From positions 51,088,001 to 51,152,000 of the forward strand of contig OX597821.1 of assembly GCA_951406725.2 (NCBI GenBank): a stretch of 64,000 nt of DNA. Reading direction: 5' to 3'. The position numbers and the translations under genes were made by a program. Positions within the stretch are counted from its first letter, which is position 1. The number at the start of each line of letters is the position of its first letter. Shown piece after piece: positions 1-13,997 of the stretch. The notes beneath the pieces are model-generated. The model saw only the letters and a program-made list of their open reading frames with translations, was not told where the DNA came from and searched no databases. This stretch comes from Octopus vulgaris (taxonomy: Eukaryota).

Positions 1-340
1 CACTGTATCTCCTTACTTCGACCAGGAAGCAAATATGTGTTCACTTTTTTTTTTAAAGAGACATAAACAGAGAAGAAAGTGTTTTGTGTATAAATTAACA
101 GCAAAGATATAGTTTAGTATGACAGGCTTACAATATAATTCCCGACAAAATGAGAAATATGTGTTGATTCATAAAGGATACATTCTCAGAACTACAAATG
201 TATGTATATATTGAAAAAGTGTCCTACTTTACAAAGTTTTCATCTTTAGTTACAAATATTTTATTGTCGATTGTTCTGACAAATTCTTTGTTGAATGAAG
301 TAGGTACAGTTTTTAATCTGCAGATGAATGAGAACATGTG

Positions 341-402
<62 letters not shown>

Positions 403-516
403 ACTCTGACATATATCCATTTCTATATCTATGTACTTATGTAGGTATCTATCTAATTATCCATATAAATGCATGTATATGCATATGTATGGAATGTATG
501 TATATATATATTTATG

Positions 517-581
<65 letters not shown>

Positions 582-635
582 GTGTATATAAATATATATG
601 TATATATACATATGTAACATGTGATAATTAGTTGG

Positions 636-709
636 TTGTCATAATAAACTCCGAGTTTCAGATGCCGAGGCTGAAGTCTGCTGCGGCATCTCATCAGTTA
701 TTAAGACAA
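636..709 (-). ncRNA. Type I hammerhead ribozyme-like motif with canonical CUGAUGA core
   Basis: Minus strand: TTGTCTTAATAA-CTGATGA-GATGCCG..CGGCATC-T-GAAA-CTC g GAG-T-TTATTATGACAA. Stem I 11 of 12 bp, stem II 7 bp. The N17 position appears deleted relative to the 46.8 kb copy. Confidence 0.7.
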
Positions 710-975
710 ACAAAAACGCTATGAAGCTGTTGAATGAAGGGAAATTACTCCAATAGGCATGGGGAAAGTAAATCTTCGTTCATAGAATCCGCATATGCAC
801 ACATATACACACATACACACACATGTATGTATATATATCTATATGCATACCCACTCACGCGTGTACATATACATACAAACACACATATATGCGTATATAT
901 GTCTACGCATACATGCACATACACACACATATACCCATGCACGCATCACTTCGCTCATATACACATTTCTACACA

Positions 976-1210
976 CATACAAACGCAGATATACAAAACG
1001 TAGTTTATACGCACATGCATATACATACGCGGATAGACGTATATACAAATAAAAAACATACGCAAAAACTCACGGAAGATTATGTTCATATATACATCTC
1101 TATACGCCGATAAACATACATACGCGGATCTACAAAACGTAGTCTATACGCACATGCACATGCATACGCGGGTAGACGTATATACAAATAAAGACACATA
1201 CGCAAAAAAC
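976..1210. repeat. Tandem duplication, period about 140 bp, inside the PLE 3' region
   Basis: tacaaaacgtagt(t/c)tatacgcacatgca...tacgcgg(a/g)tagacgtatatacaaataaa occurs at about 992 and about 1131. Confidence 0.8.
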
Positions 1211-2987
1211 ATAAACCGTAAAACATTCACATTCGCCGCAAAACTTGAATATACAAATGAGTTATTTATGTATATACACAAATATACCCTTCTGTCTCTC
1301 AAACACATGCAGATATATAAACGTATATACATGCATATATGTATGAAGGAACGAGACAAATACAACAGGTATAGTCTTGCACTCGTATATATACAATCAT
1401 TCGTACATATGTATATATGCACGCACATACACATTAGAATTACACTACACGCGTATAAGTTACTCAATTATAAAGCGTGAAAAATAATATACAAAAAATA
1501 TATAAAGCAATAAAATATATATAAGAAATATATAGATGTTGAGACATATGAAAGGCGTGTACGCGGACATAACATAAAAAGCAGGTTCTATCTGTGATCA
1601 TTGGGACTCCAAAAACGTAGCAAATGTTTTGTCATATCTGGACATGACCCAAAAAGTTCATTTCTTGAATTTAGACATGTAGTGGGGTCGAAAGAAATTT
1701 TCCAGATTAGCCATGTTTCTACATCGCAAAAACCGCATTTTCCACTGCCGCTGGCGTAAGGCCAAGATTCATTGGAAGATCTGATATATTTCACATACTT
1801 TCTTTCGCTGTCTCTTCGTATGAATTCGTTTGAAGTTTGTGTTTAAATGCCATCCTGTCTACTCAAACATTTACATGTTTATGTGCGTCCTGGAGTATTC
1901 CGTCCCAACTATCTTATGCGAGTCTATTTTTATTTATTCGCGTGACTCTTTTGGTATACACGTGTGTGTTTGTGCAGGCGCATATATGTGTACGTGCGCG
2001 TGTAAATGCACATCAATGTACATGTTGAGATATATCTGTGTGTACATGCATGTATGTGCGTTTAAATAATTTCGTAGCTTATGACTTAAATTTAATGAAG
2101 AAAATATTATTTTCTGAACAGGTTTTGAAAATGTGCTATTTTGGTGGAGAAGATATTGTAGTTAATCATTGAATTCCCATATAGTTGTTTATTTTAGAAT
2201 GGCACAAGGGATTTCTTGATTCTGAAGATTCTAATTAATAAGAAAAAAAATTCTGTTTGAAGAGAAAGCAAAATAATGAAAAATGCATTCCATTAGGCTT
2301 TCACTCTTTCACTCTTGGGATAGTTTTAGTTTTCAAGTTAGATATCTATGATTGTGAAGGGATGATGTAATTCACTTCGAGTGCTTTATTCAGAATTTCG
2401 CTTTGATGTTCCAAGTATTGATAATCTTAGCAAAGTACAAAATTTGGTGCAGTCTCTTCATCTAATTACATGGGATGTGTAGTGGTTGTGCAGGAACAAC
2501 CAGTTATTTGTCGTTTTGTCTATTTACGTTGTAATGCCGTAAATATGTCAATACAGTCGGTACTTAAAAAATCTTGTGGTCATAACACGAAGCGAAAGTT
2601 TCGTGGTGTAATCACATGTATTTATAAGTTAACTGGCATAAAATATTTTCGGTGGTAAACGCATAAAAGATCGCTACTGTTTACCACATTATTGAAAGAA
2701 AACTAACTGCGGGCAGCAAAAATACACAAGCAAACTCCTCCGGTAAATTATACCGCAACTAAATACAACAGAGTACAAGATTATTAAACAATTAGAAGAC
2801 ATTATCAATTTTGGTCTTCAAGTATTTTATTACGTACAGTTAGGTTCTTTAGAGACAAAAGTAGTTTGTCTCGGCATATCCGTCGAGTTGATACACTCCA
2901 ATATTTTCCCTGAAAATAATACTTTATATTTTAGACACGAGGCCGGAATTTTTTGGAAAGTCGATTAGATAGGCCTCAGAGCTCAAA

Positions 2988-3564
2988 TCACATTCCACTC
3001 CTCTGGAACTTCATCATTCAAACTGACAGAAAGATAGATGCGAATAGGCCAGACATGATATTGAAAGACTTCAGACATAAATCACACCTCTTCATTGATA
3101 TACTGCCCTAGTCGACATAAATGTATCTGTCAAGACCTGCCAAAAACAGCAAGGATAAAGATCTTGAAATAGAAATTGGCAAAATGTGCAACCTGAAGAC
3201 TAAAACAATACCTGTTGTCATAGGTGCCCTAGGAATGATAGCAAAAGGGGCTGATTTCTACCTAGCCCATATATCAAGAAACCCCAAAATGGCAGAAATT
3301 GAAATTAAAGTGCTCATGGGAACTGCCCATATCCTACGTAAAATACTGACTATGTAATCTCAAATTTTAAAACAAACTCATAGTTTTCTTTTGGTTTCTT
3401 AAACATTCTCTAGAACAATACTGTGCTAAACCAAATATATGACACACTACGCATAGCACCAACACAAAAATCTAACTTGTTGTCTCTTGAGGTCTCTGGG
3501 TGAGACTGGGAATCAACTTGTACAAATACAAATTAAAAGTTAAACACATAATAATAATAATAAT

Positions 3565-3632
<68 letters not shown>

Positions 3633-3650
3633 TAATAATAATGATGATGA
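2988..3650 (+). mobile_element. 3' end of an R4/Dong-like non-LTR retrotransposon (restriction-like endonuclease) with (TAA)n tail
   Basis: Frameshifted LLWNFIIQTDRKIDANRPDMILKD...DLEIEIGKMCNLKTKTIPVVIGALG, then a 3' UTR ending in (TAA)n from about 3548. Confidence 0.85.
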
Positions 3651-4316
3651 TCTCATATTACTGATGCTATCTATAGAACCTTATAGTATGATTGGAATTC
3701 ATATTATCGATTATAATGAAGTTAATACTAATGTTAAATGAAATGAGAGCATTAACAAATTGGAATTCATGAAGTCTGGCTGAGTGCAATTTCTACCGAT
3801 ACACTGTTCTTACTGTCTCTTTCTTTCAAAATATTGGTTTCTTTTATTTACTAGTCTCAAAGGTTCATAATTTTAGATGAATTACAAAATAATATATGTT
3901 GCACCTAGATATATTTCCCTAGAGTTTAGTAACGTAAATTTGGTGAAATTACTTCGTACAGATAATTGCAACAGAAAGAGGACACTAAGTATTTGTAACT
4001 CTTTTCTAACTTCATGTATCTGACCAGTTTCCGTCAACGTCACTCGGCAGGGAATCAATGAAGCAGAATGAGAATTAAGACTAATGAATTGTGAGAATTA
4101 ACGACTGATGATCTTAGCACATGGACAGCAGGTTGTAACATAAGGCATCAAATTTAATACATGCAACATATATCTTATTTACAGAGATGTACTTGCATAG
4201 CATGTGACCTGATCTGAGATCATGTGCTGAAACAAAAATAATTGCAGCGTGGAAGGCGTTTATAAGCTATTTAAAAGCGCACAAAAACCATTAGATTCAC
4301 TTCAACATCTAAATTA

Positions 4317-4372
4317 AATTTGTCAAAATATTTTCGTCGCTTTGAAACCGCAACCTGTTCACTGATAAAATT
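4317..4372 (-). ncRNA. Hammerhead-like motif with G3-C8 core (GUGAACA)
   Basis: Minus strand: TTTTATCA-GTGAACA-G-GTTGC..GCGAC-GAAA-ATAT-TT-TGACAAA. Lies within a small nested inverted-repeat element, 4240-4439. Confidence 0.55.
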
Positions 4373-6086
4373 CCGTGCCGCGCGGAATTTTGTCCGTGAG
4401 CAGGTCGCAAAGCTTATAGAAAACTTCCACGATGCAATTGTTTATATTCTATTTGTTTTTATAAATCTAATAGTGCTAAATACTCCAAGTAATCCTATGA
4501 AATTTTATAGTATTTCTTCCTTGTCGAGCATTCTCGTCAACTGATATTACAGTTATATACAAGTATGCACCTTTATAACTAGAATTAGATATAAGAATTA
4601 GGTGTATTGCTATTTCTATTCGTTTGCTTTAACAATAGCTGTGACACTTCCGTAGATAGATACATGCTTATGTATCAATTTTACAATAGATATTTATTTC
4701 CAATTTTTGCCAGAAGAATATCAAACAATGCAAATACCGTTGGAAGCTTTGTTTCCTTCAAATTCTTTATAACAACAGCGTAATTTCAACTAAAATTGTT
4801 TGGTGTTTTCGATAACAATATGAAGAAAATTGACAATTGTCACCACCATCACTCACTAACACTAAAAGTGTGGCTTCGAAGCAATATAATCCAGTTAGAT
4901 GAATTGGCAATTAAAGTAAAGTACACTATTATTTTAGCATATATACACTTTTATTCTTGAAAGAAAAACCTAAAGTCTCTGTTGTGTGTTTTTACTCTTC
5001 TTATATGACTATATAAGTCGAAGTTGATTCCGATACAACGAACATGACAGGAAGCATTTAATCTACGAATATCCCATCTTTTCTTTCCACATATTTTCTA
5101 CCTCTGTTAGTTTGTTAGGATATATCATGATGAAACTTGGCAGCTTTTTCTCGCAAGTGGAACTATTCAGTGAGCTCTTACACTTCAGCTGTAATGTTGT
5201 TCTGGAATATGTAAAAGTTCTTCCGACAATGTTCACCAAATATATGATGACTTTTCCTAGATAGTTGTTAGTGATGTTGTTAACGCCATAATTCAGGTCC
5301 GAGTTTGCTTTGATGACATAGACCTATAATCAAAGGAGCCCTCATTGATTCGACAAGCTGTTTCTGTATAAATATGATCCAACAAGTGAAAGGATGTGCG
5401 TAGACAGGCGTAGAGTGTGATTTACATTTGAATCAAAGAGAGAAATTTACAAGAAGTGATGGAATGACAGCAGTTCCCCTCCGACTCCATCACAATCAAT
5501 CCTCACCTTTCACCGAATCTCACGAAAACCATAGTAACCGATAGCTACACGATTTTGCTTCCCTCTTAACCTTCTCATCATATTCACTCACTTTATCAGA
5601 AAAACATAAATTCGAAATTTATCTGATAACATCAGTAACAAATTAGGCGAGCAATTACATTGAACAAATACACTAGCAATACAATATAATACAATACAAT
5701 ACATAAATACATACACACATACATATATACATACATACATACATACACACATACATACATGCACTCATACATACAAACGAGCATACATACTTACATACAT
5801 ATGTACGTATATACACACACATATATGTACATTCACTCAGACAAGCATATATGTGTGTATTTGTATATTTGCATACATACAAAGTATTACTTTCCTTCTC
5901 ATACTGCCTTTCCTTCTCGCTCTCTTACTCTCTCTCTCTCTCTTTCTGTACATGTGTGTATGTGTGCGTGTGTGTGTGGGGGACCTGGGAAGAGTAGTGA
6001 GATAGAGGAAAGGTAAGAGAGAGTCGATTAAAAATACAGACAAACCTTTAAAGATCACAAGATATTTATTGGTCATCAAATAATCA

Positions 6087-6179
<93 letters not shown>

Positions 6180-6496
6180 CAACAGCAGCATCACCAACAA
6201 TAACAATAATTTATTTGTTAAAGCGTCATGGGACAAAAGTTCTTATCAGCAGGACATAGAGAACATTCATGTAGCTTGTGGTGCTTATCTGTAGATTCTG
6301 GGAAATATGACACTTGAAGGAAGATTCTATGAATTACTACAACGGAACAAGCAAAGCGATGATAGTAACACTTAACGATAAATCTTAACTAAAATGATAT
6401 CATTGTTGATACGATGTGTCAAATATCAATGTGGCTGAACAGAAAATTTATGCACAGCGGGCAAACATAAATCATTGTTTATTATTATCATCATCA

Positions 6497-6549
<53 letters not shown>

Positions 6550-6741
6550 AGTATCGTCATAATCATCGCCGGCTGTACAAATAAACGTATGTTTATATAC
6601 TGTATACACACATATACACATATACGCATATATATATGATAATTTCATTCGAGTGTATAGATACATTTATATGTATATATATATATATATATATGCATGT
6701 GTGTGTGCATGTGTGTGAGTGTGCGTGCGTGTGTGTAGGTG

Positions 6742-6814
<73 letters not shown>

Positions 6815-8167
6815 ATATATATATATATATGTAGCTTCGTTTAGAGTGACGGGACAATTTTTTCCTATGTTGTAAGAGATATAAATCAACACATCGTTAA
6901 TCTCTCTCTCATCCGTGCGAGGTAGTGGGGTTAGAGAGATACGCATCTTATTAACCCATGTAATTAATCTTTGCTCTTCATTTAATCATTATGCTTTCTC
7001 TCTTAATTATTTTGTCTCCCTCTCTATCTATATCTACTCTTTCTCTGTCTGTCTGCTTCTCTCACCTCCTTTAATTATGGCTGACACACATAATCTCAAT
7101 AACGTACGTACATGCACAAGAATACACCGTAAACACTCACACACACACACACACACACATATATATAAATATGTATGTATACACATACATGTCTGGGTAT
7201 GTGTACGTATGAATGTATTTTTGTAAGTGTGAATAAACACTATAATTGTCTGTCACACGCATTTTTTTTTCTTTGTGAAAGCCTATACATTTTTCTGTTG
7301 TTATTTATTTCTTTCATTCTACACAAACACGTACTCAAACATTCACACTCACACACACCTAGATATAAAGATATCAGAATATGTACGAGCCTATATTCTT
7401 ATCTGTCTTTGTTGATGATTATGATGCCGCTTCGGTCCAGCGTGAATCAAAATCTTTCGGTGTTTATCTAGTTTTAACCTGTCTTTTTTTCCTCTAACGT
7501 ACTGAAGTATGTTCTATGACGAAATAGGAAGTGTGTGCAAGTCTTTCTCTCTATTAGAAACCTGTTGAAAGAGAAAATGTTTCGCATTTTCCTTATAGAG
7601 AATAACTATTACATCATTTCACTGTTAGATTTTCAAATTGCAGTGTTTATTTCTACGCTGAGCAACTCAAGAAAGCAATTGGGATAATTCGTGGACGATT
7701 TCATCACAGAAAACAGATGGCTCACAAGCGATGTGGAATTTTGTGTTAACAGCCGATTAACGGGAGATATCTCCAGCGGGATTTACATAACATTCATAGA
7801 AACAAATATATATACGTACATACATACACTAATACATACAAAAACTGATATACACATATAGATATTCATTCATTCATATTTACATACATTCATACATTCA
7901 TAAATACATACATACGTACATACCTACATATATACATACTTATATCCATACGCACATATATATACATATATTCATACATTTACTCACAAACACTAACAAC
8001 ATATATATGTTTGCACGTATCATCCCAACAAGGTGACAAGTCTTATGTTAAGTATGCAGAAAACACTTTTACGGAGGAGAGTAAAGTGAGTGAATAATCT
8101 TTCAAATAGGTAGAACACACTGGAATACCTGTGGCAATCTTGGGTATAGATCTAACAATCTATTTCC

Positions 8168-8209
<42 letters not shown>

Positions 8210-8653
8210 TCTATATCTTCAGGCACACGCAGACGCAATTACATACTCATATCTTTGTACAAAATCCTCAAGATCCTCAAATTCTTAATACATACATACA
8301 TATACACATGCATACAAACACACACACATATCACACAACACATCACAATCTAGCACGTACATAAGAACATTCCTAAACGCATACACAAAACCGAATGCAC
8401 ACGTGGAAGAAATATACGTACATATTTGTTGTTTCTTATTCCGGATACAAATTACTTAACACCAGGATATCTACGCGTTTCAGCTAAACTCATTGACGAT
8501 CGAAGGATTACGTTTCACCTGCTTTAAAATAATGATACAAATCTTTACACGTAATATTTTTTTCTAAATTTTTCTGTGGATATATCATCATTGACAATAT
8601 GAATATATATATATATATTTATACATAAATATATATATATATATAAATATATG

Positions 8654-8739
<86 letters not shown>

Positions 8740-9018
8740 TATACATACATATCTATATATATGCATATATGTCTATATATATGTATATATATATATATCT
8801 ATGTGTATATATATACACTTATATATGTAATATGTACATATAATATACATATATATATATGTCTATACGTGTATATGTATGTGTTAGTGTATATGAATGT
8901 TTGAATATATAAACCTCTATATGCATATATACATACTCATACTTATATCCATAAATGCATATATATGTTTGTTATTACCTGTCCTTACATCTAAGTATAT
9001 GCGTGTGTTTATGAATGC

Positions 9019-9063
<45 letters not shown>

Positions 9064-9209
9064 CATTTATGTAATGAAATTCAGAATACATATGCAACTG
9101 CACACACTAACACTCTCACACACACAAGGATGCCCATGCACATACACCTACACGTATGAATACATATATGTTTATATGCATTATTAATGTATTTGTTTAT
9201 GTACGCCTG

Positions 9210-9244
<35 letters not shown>

Positions 9245-9618
9245 ATAGATAGATAGATAGATATACATATACATTTGTATGTATATATATGTATATACAT
9301 ATAGATCTGTTTGTATGTATACATATGTATATATATATATACATACATGTTTGTATATATGTGTATACACACACACATACGCACATATATATGCATACAA
9401 GCGCAAAAGCATACATCTTTATGTGTAATTATTGGTATACATCCATCAATACATGTATGAACAGATGTTTCCAGCTGGATTTTGTAAGATCAGTTAAGGG
9501 AACTTAGATTGTAGGATTATGAATCTATGTGCAACTAGCGATTGAATATAACGGCATATCTTAAATTTATAAATCTACACTCGCAAGCACGCACACACAC
9601 CCACACAATCACACACTC

Positions 9619-9649
<31 letters not shown>

Positions 9650-9852
9650 TACACACACATACACACATGCACACTAACACTCACAAACGCATACACACAT
9701 GCACAAACAAATGCATTCACATACTCATACGTACACGTGCATCATCAATACTCTTATCATTAATGATAACGTTTATAATAATATTGATTGTTTAATTTTT
9801 TATAATAAATTAAAATAGATATTAATTATGATGTCATTATTGCAGTTATATG

Positions 9853-10750
9853 GTAAGGCAACAAGCTGGCAATATCGTTAGCACGCTGGACGGAATGCTT
9901 AACGATTTTCGCACGCCGCTATGTTCTGAGTTCAAATACCGCCCAGGTCGTCTTTGCTTTTCATTTTTTCAGATTCGATAAAATAAGTACCAGTTCGACA
10001 CTGAGGTCGATGTAATCAACTCACCACCACCTTTCCGTACACTTATTAATATTAATTAATTAATTAATAAGGCGTCTAGCTGGCAGAAACGTTAGCATGC
10101 CGGCCGAAATGCTTGGCGGTATTTTGTCTGTCTTTATGTTCTGAGTTCAAATTCCGCTGATGTAGACTTTGCCTTTCATCATTTCAGGGTCGATAAATTA
10201 AGTACCAGTCGCATACTGGGGTCAATCAAGTCGACTGGCTCCCTCCTCTACCCCAAATTTCGGGCCTTGTGCCTAGAATAGAAAAGAATATTAATTATTT
10301 AATAAGGTAGCGAGCTGGCAGAATTGTTAGCACGCCGGCTGAAATGCTTAGCAGCATTTCGTCCAACTTTATGTTCAGAGTTCTAATTTCTCCAGGGTCG
10401 ACGTTGCTTTTCATTCTTTCGGGGTCAAGAAAATAAGTACTAGTCGAACTAATAGTTGTGGTTATCAACTATCCACCTCATGCAAAATTACTGGCTTTGT
10501 GCCAAAATTTGAAATTAATATTAATATGTAATTCTAAGGCAACGGCTGGACGAATTGTTAGCCCACCCGGCAAAATGCTTAATGCATTTTATCTGTCTGT
10601 AGGTTATGGGTTTAATTTCAGCCGAGGTCGACTGTGCCTTTCATCTTTTCGGGGTCGAAAAAATAAGTACCAGTTGAGTACTGAGGTTGATGTAATCGAT
10701 TTACCCTCATACTGAATTGCTGGCCTTGTTGCAAATGTTGATACCAATAT
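9853..10750 (+). mobile_element. Head-to-tail cluster of four tRNA-derived SINEs (family 1)
   Basis: Four diverged copies of gagctggcagaa.cgttagcacgcc...gagttcaaat.ccgcc.aggtcgactttgcctttcat...aagtaccag starting near 9853, 10069, 10304 and 10537. A-box and B-box-like heads. Confidence 0.9.
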
Positions 10751-11040
10751 TAATATGTAATTCAAAATTAATTAAGAAAATTAATTAAGTTATGTTCCTG
10801 TAAAATATACATTGGTTTATTCATATATCCATGAACATTCACAAGCGTATAGAAACACACACACACACATGTAGTCATAAATACTTATGCGAATATGGAC
10901 GATTTGTTCGACTAAACCCCTCAAATCGTGCCCCATTATGACCGAAGCAAGTAGTAGAGCATTAAAGATTATATAGGACGCCATGATAGATCGTTAGCTC
11001 CTACACGCATTTTTTTTCTCTCCTTGTTTTTTTCTGTGTA

Positions 11041-11078
11041 TCTTTCTGTCGAAGAGCGTAGGCTCGAAACGTAAAAGA
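11041..11078 (+). ncRNA. Minimal hammerhead-like motif of a small interspersed repeat family (related copies at about 26275-26310 + and 46428-46465 -)
   Basis: TCTTT-ctgTCGAAGAGC-gtag-GCTC-GAAA-CGT-A-AAAGA. Palindromic stem III ACGT, GUA triplet, stem I TCTTT/AAAGA. Core register is ambiguous. Confidence 0.5.
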
Positions 11079-11184
11079 CTTGTTCTATTTCTATTCCTGA
11101 GCGCCATAATAATACATTTGTTTGTTTGTACTCCACCTGCTTTCGTCTTTTGTTTATTTTCGTAAACCTTCCCGTTATATATAT

Positions 11185-13495
11185 GAATCTCTCCTTATGT
11201 GTTCCTGAAAATCTGAGTGTAACGAGAAATTCCCTAATGCGAAATTGACTTTCTGAACGACTTTCATATTGTTAAGTGAGATTACGTCACTACTGACATT
11301 TTCAATAAAAAAAAAAGAACTGCAAAACACAACAGAGGACAAGCAGTGTGATTACCTTCATATATGGAAATAACTATTTCTAAATATACCTAGTACAGTA
11401 CCGATGCATAAAAACATCTCAAACAGAATAAGTTAAGGAATTAATAAGAATCACAATATCGTAAGGGCACGTTCTGACCACATGCGATGTTGATAACAGT
11501 GGGAGGGGTGGTTTTTGGGGGATAAGAGGCAACATCAGCTTGCGGGTTGAAAATCTTATCCAAAGTTGTTTATGACGCATTATCTCTTTAGATATCTCAA
11601 TATAGGAAATGAGCTCATTGTAAACTCCTTTTGGAATTATTATGTTACGTTCACGATTGAGATCATAATCAGTAAAACCTGCAGAACTTTTTCTATAATG
11701 CCCACCATTTAACAATATTTTTGGTTGTCAAGTTAGAATTTCCGTATTGCTGTGTATATTAGCTTGTTCTTTTTCTAACAGCATCACTTCCTCGTTAGGT
11801 AAGCTTTCTCTCTGGTTCACTAACAACTCACTCACATCACCCTACACCCTTTGGAAGTGCTACAGTATCTTCCCAAATGTGATGTAAACTTTCTGCTTGA
11901 GGAAAACTTTAATGTTATGGATACAGTCTGGCTATATACTTTTCCAAGCTCTATTGATACCTGAAGTTTTCACTTTATACCATCACTTTACTATATCATC
12001 CAAAGCGTTCATTATGTTGGATTTCTTCCAGAAAAATCTAACTGTAGATTTATCCTCCTTGTCAATTGCTTTCATAAGTTGTTTGACAGTTTTCATGTAA
12101 TATACCCTGAGGTTTGCTATCATACCTTGATCCATTGTCTGGAGTAAAGAAGTTGTATTCTTGGGGATATATTGTCAGAAACGTCTTCTAATTTCATTGG
12201 GTGGCTCGGTGCATTGTTTAAAAGAAGCAAAACTTTGTTGGAAATATGCCTGCCATTGTAACATTTTACAGCAGGACGAAAACACATTTGTAAACTACTT
12301 TTTGTAAATGCTCTTAGTCACGCATGCATTCTTATTTGAAATCAAAATCAGAGGTAGATTGAACTTTGTGCGACCCTTGAACGCCCTTGAGTTTTCGAAG
12401 TGATATACGAGTAAGGGACTTTAATTTCATGTTGCCAGCGGCATTTCCTCACAAATGAAGTGTCAGACGATTTTTGGAAACTTTAAATCCTGGTGTTGAT
12501 TTTCTTCTGGTACGTAGGCGCTTTCAGAAAATTCAGTTCTCTTCAACATTGCATACTTGATATGGTGTATAGTTCCCTTCAGCAACATTTTCTTCAACTG
12601 CCCAGGATAATTAGTAGCATCCTCTGTATCAGCGCTCTCAAACATTGTGCAAATTCATGCGCTCTTCTTAAACCTTTCAAATCAGCACATATTAGCCAAA
12701 AGTGGTTTTTCATAAGAAATTTCACGTTTCTTTTTCGGCAAATCGTCATATAAACTTTTCGCTGTTTTTAGAATTATCATCGTGTTTATCGCCACATTAC
12801 GCCAATTCTGATCAACGATCCATATACCCAAGAGTTGTTCCATTTTAACCATTATATTAGATTTATTGTAAAATAAGATTCGGACAATTAAATGGAATAT
12901 GTTCTTGAGCACTTGACATAATTTTCTTTCTGTTGTCACGTTTTGTTCTCACTGAAGACGTTGTAAGATTTAATGCTTTGGCAATATAAATTAGTTCGTA
13001 AAACAAATTTTAATATCCAGTGTAATCCCTTTAAGGTTCCTTTTCGCACTGATACCTTCAGGTCTACATGATAGCTTCTTTGCAGACATCTTAAATTGAA
13101 GAGGAATTCAACAGCAGCGGTGATTAATTATCAACAACAAATATATAGCAAAAAAGAAAAAAAATTAACCCAGAAAGGATTTGAGGTGTGAGAGCGGAAA
13201 ATTGTCTTATACCTAATGAAGCAATAATGAAATGGGCCGAAAAGACGAAGGACTGAGAAACAAGCAGCACTCTATGATGATAGCTAACTGAAGGGGCACG
13301 AGACTTTATAGGCAATTCGTGTCTTGCGCTTTTGAATTGACATATACACACACACATGCACACACACATACACATTCATGGACAAACACTCATATACACA
13401 CATACTCATAGACACAAAGACACACACACTCATGCACATAAGTATGTTGGTGTAGATGCTGATAGCTATTGTAATAAGTTGGATTCAAAAGTTGA

Positions 13496-13577
<82 letters not shown>

Positions 13578-13762
13578 TACACACATATATATACTCACGT
13601 TATGTACATTATATGTAGATAGACGCACGTGTGTAACGTGATGATAGTTCCGTAAAAACAAAATTACAGACCGTATCCGGAAATTAATGGTTATACTTTA
13701 TAATTTCCATAAGTGCGAAATCCCGTGATCTGACGTGGCCATAACGCAGAGGAGCCCTTTAT
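11185..13762 (-). mobile_element. Degenerate Tigger/pogo DNA transposon (CENP-B HTH plus DDE), interrupted by microsatellites
   Basis: Minus-strand fragments MEQLLGIWIVDQNWRNVAINTMIILKTAKSLYDDL and FESADTEDATNYPGQLKKML..G, plus DDE_1-like segments near 12120-12250 with many stops. Ends approximate. Confidence 0.8.
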
Positions 13763-13811
13763 ACAGACATAATTACACACATATATAGCCGTCTATTATT
13801 TATCATTCACT

Positions 13812-13854
<43 letters not shown>

Positions 13855-13897
13855 TATCTATATATATATTTATATTTATACATACGCACATTTATAA

Positions 13898-13932
<35 letters not shown>

Positions 13933-13965
13933 CACACACATATATATATATATATATACATACAC

Positions 13966-13997
<32 letters not shown>

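Larger units (their letters stand above)
615..1950 (-). mobile_element. 5'-truncated Penelope-like element: endonuclease C-terminus, repeat-rich 3' region and terminal hammerhead-like motif
   Basis: ORF 1588-1794(-) PYASGSGKCGFCDVETWLIW..CLNSRNELFGSC..KHLL fits the PLE GIY-YIG C-terminal pattern CxxCxxE...LNxRxE...C. Homologous to 46816-47890. Hammerhead-like fold at 636-709. Confidence 0.75.

Noticed and set aside
9853-10750. CRISPR-like repeat array
   Set aside because: Units are diverged SINEs of about 200 bp in eukaryotic DNA, with no short identical repeats or cas genes.
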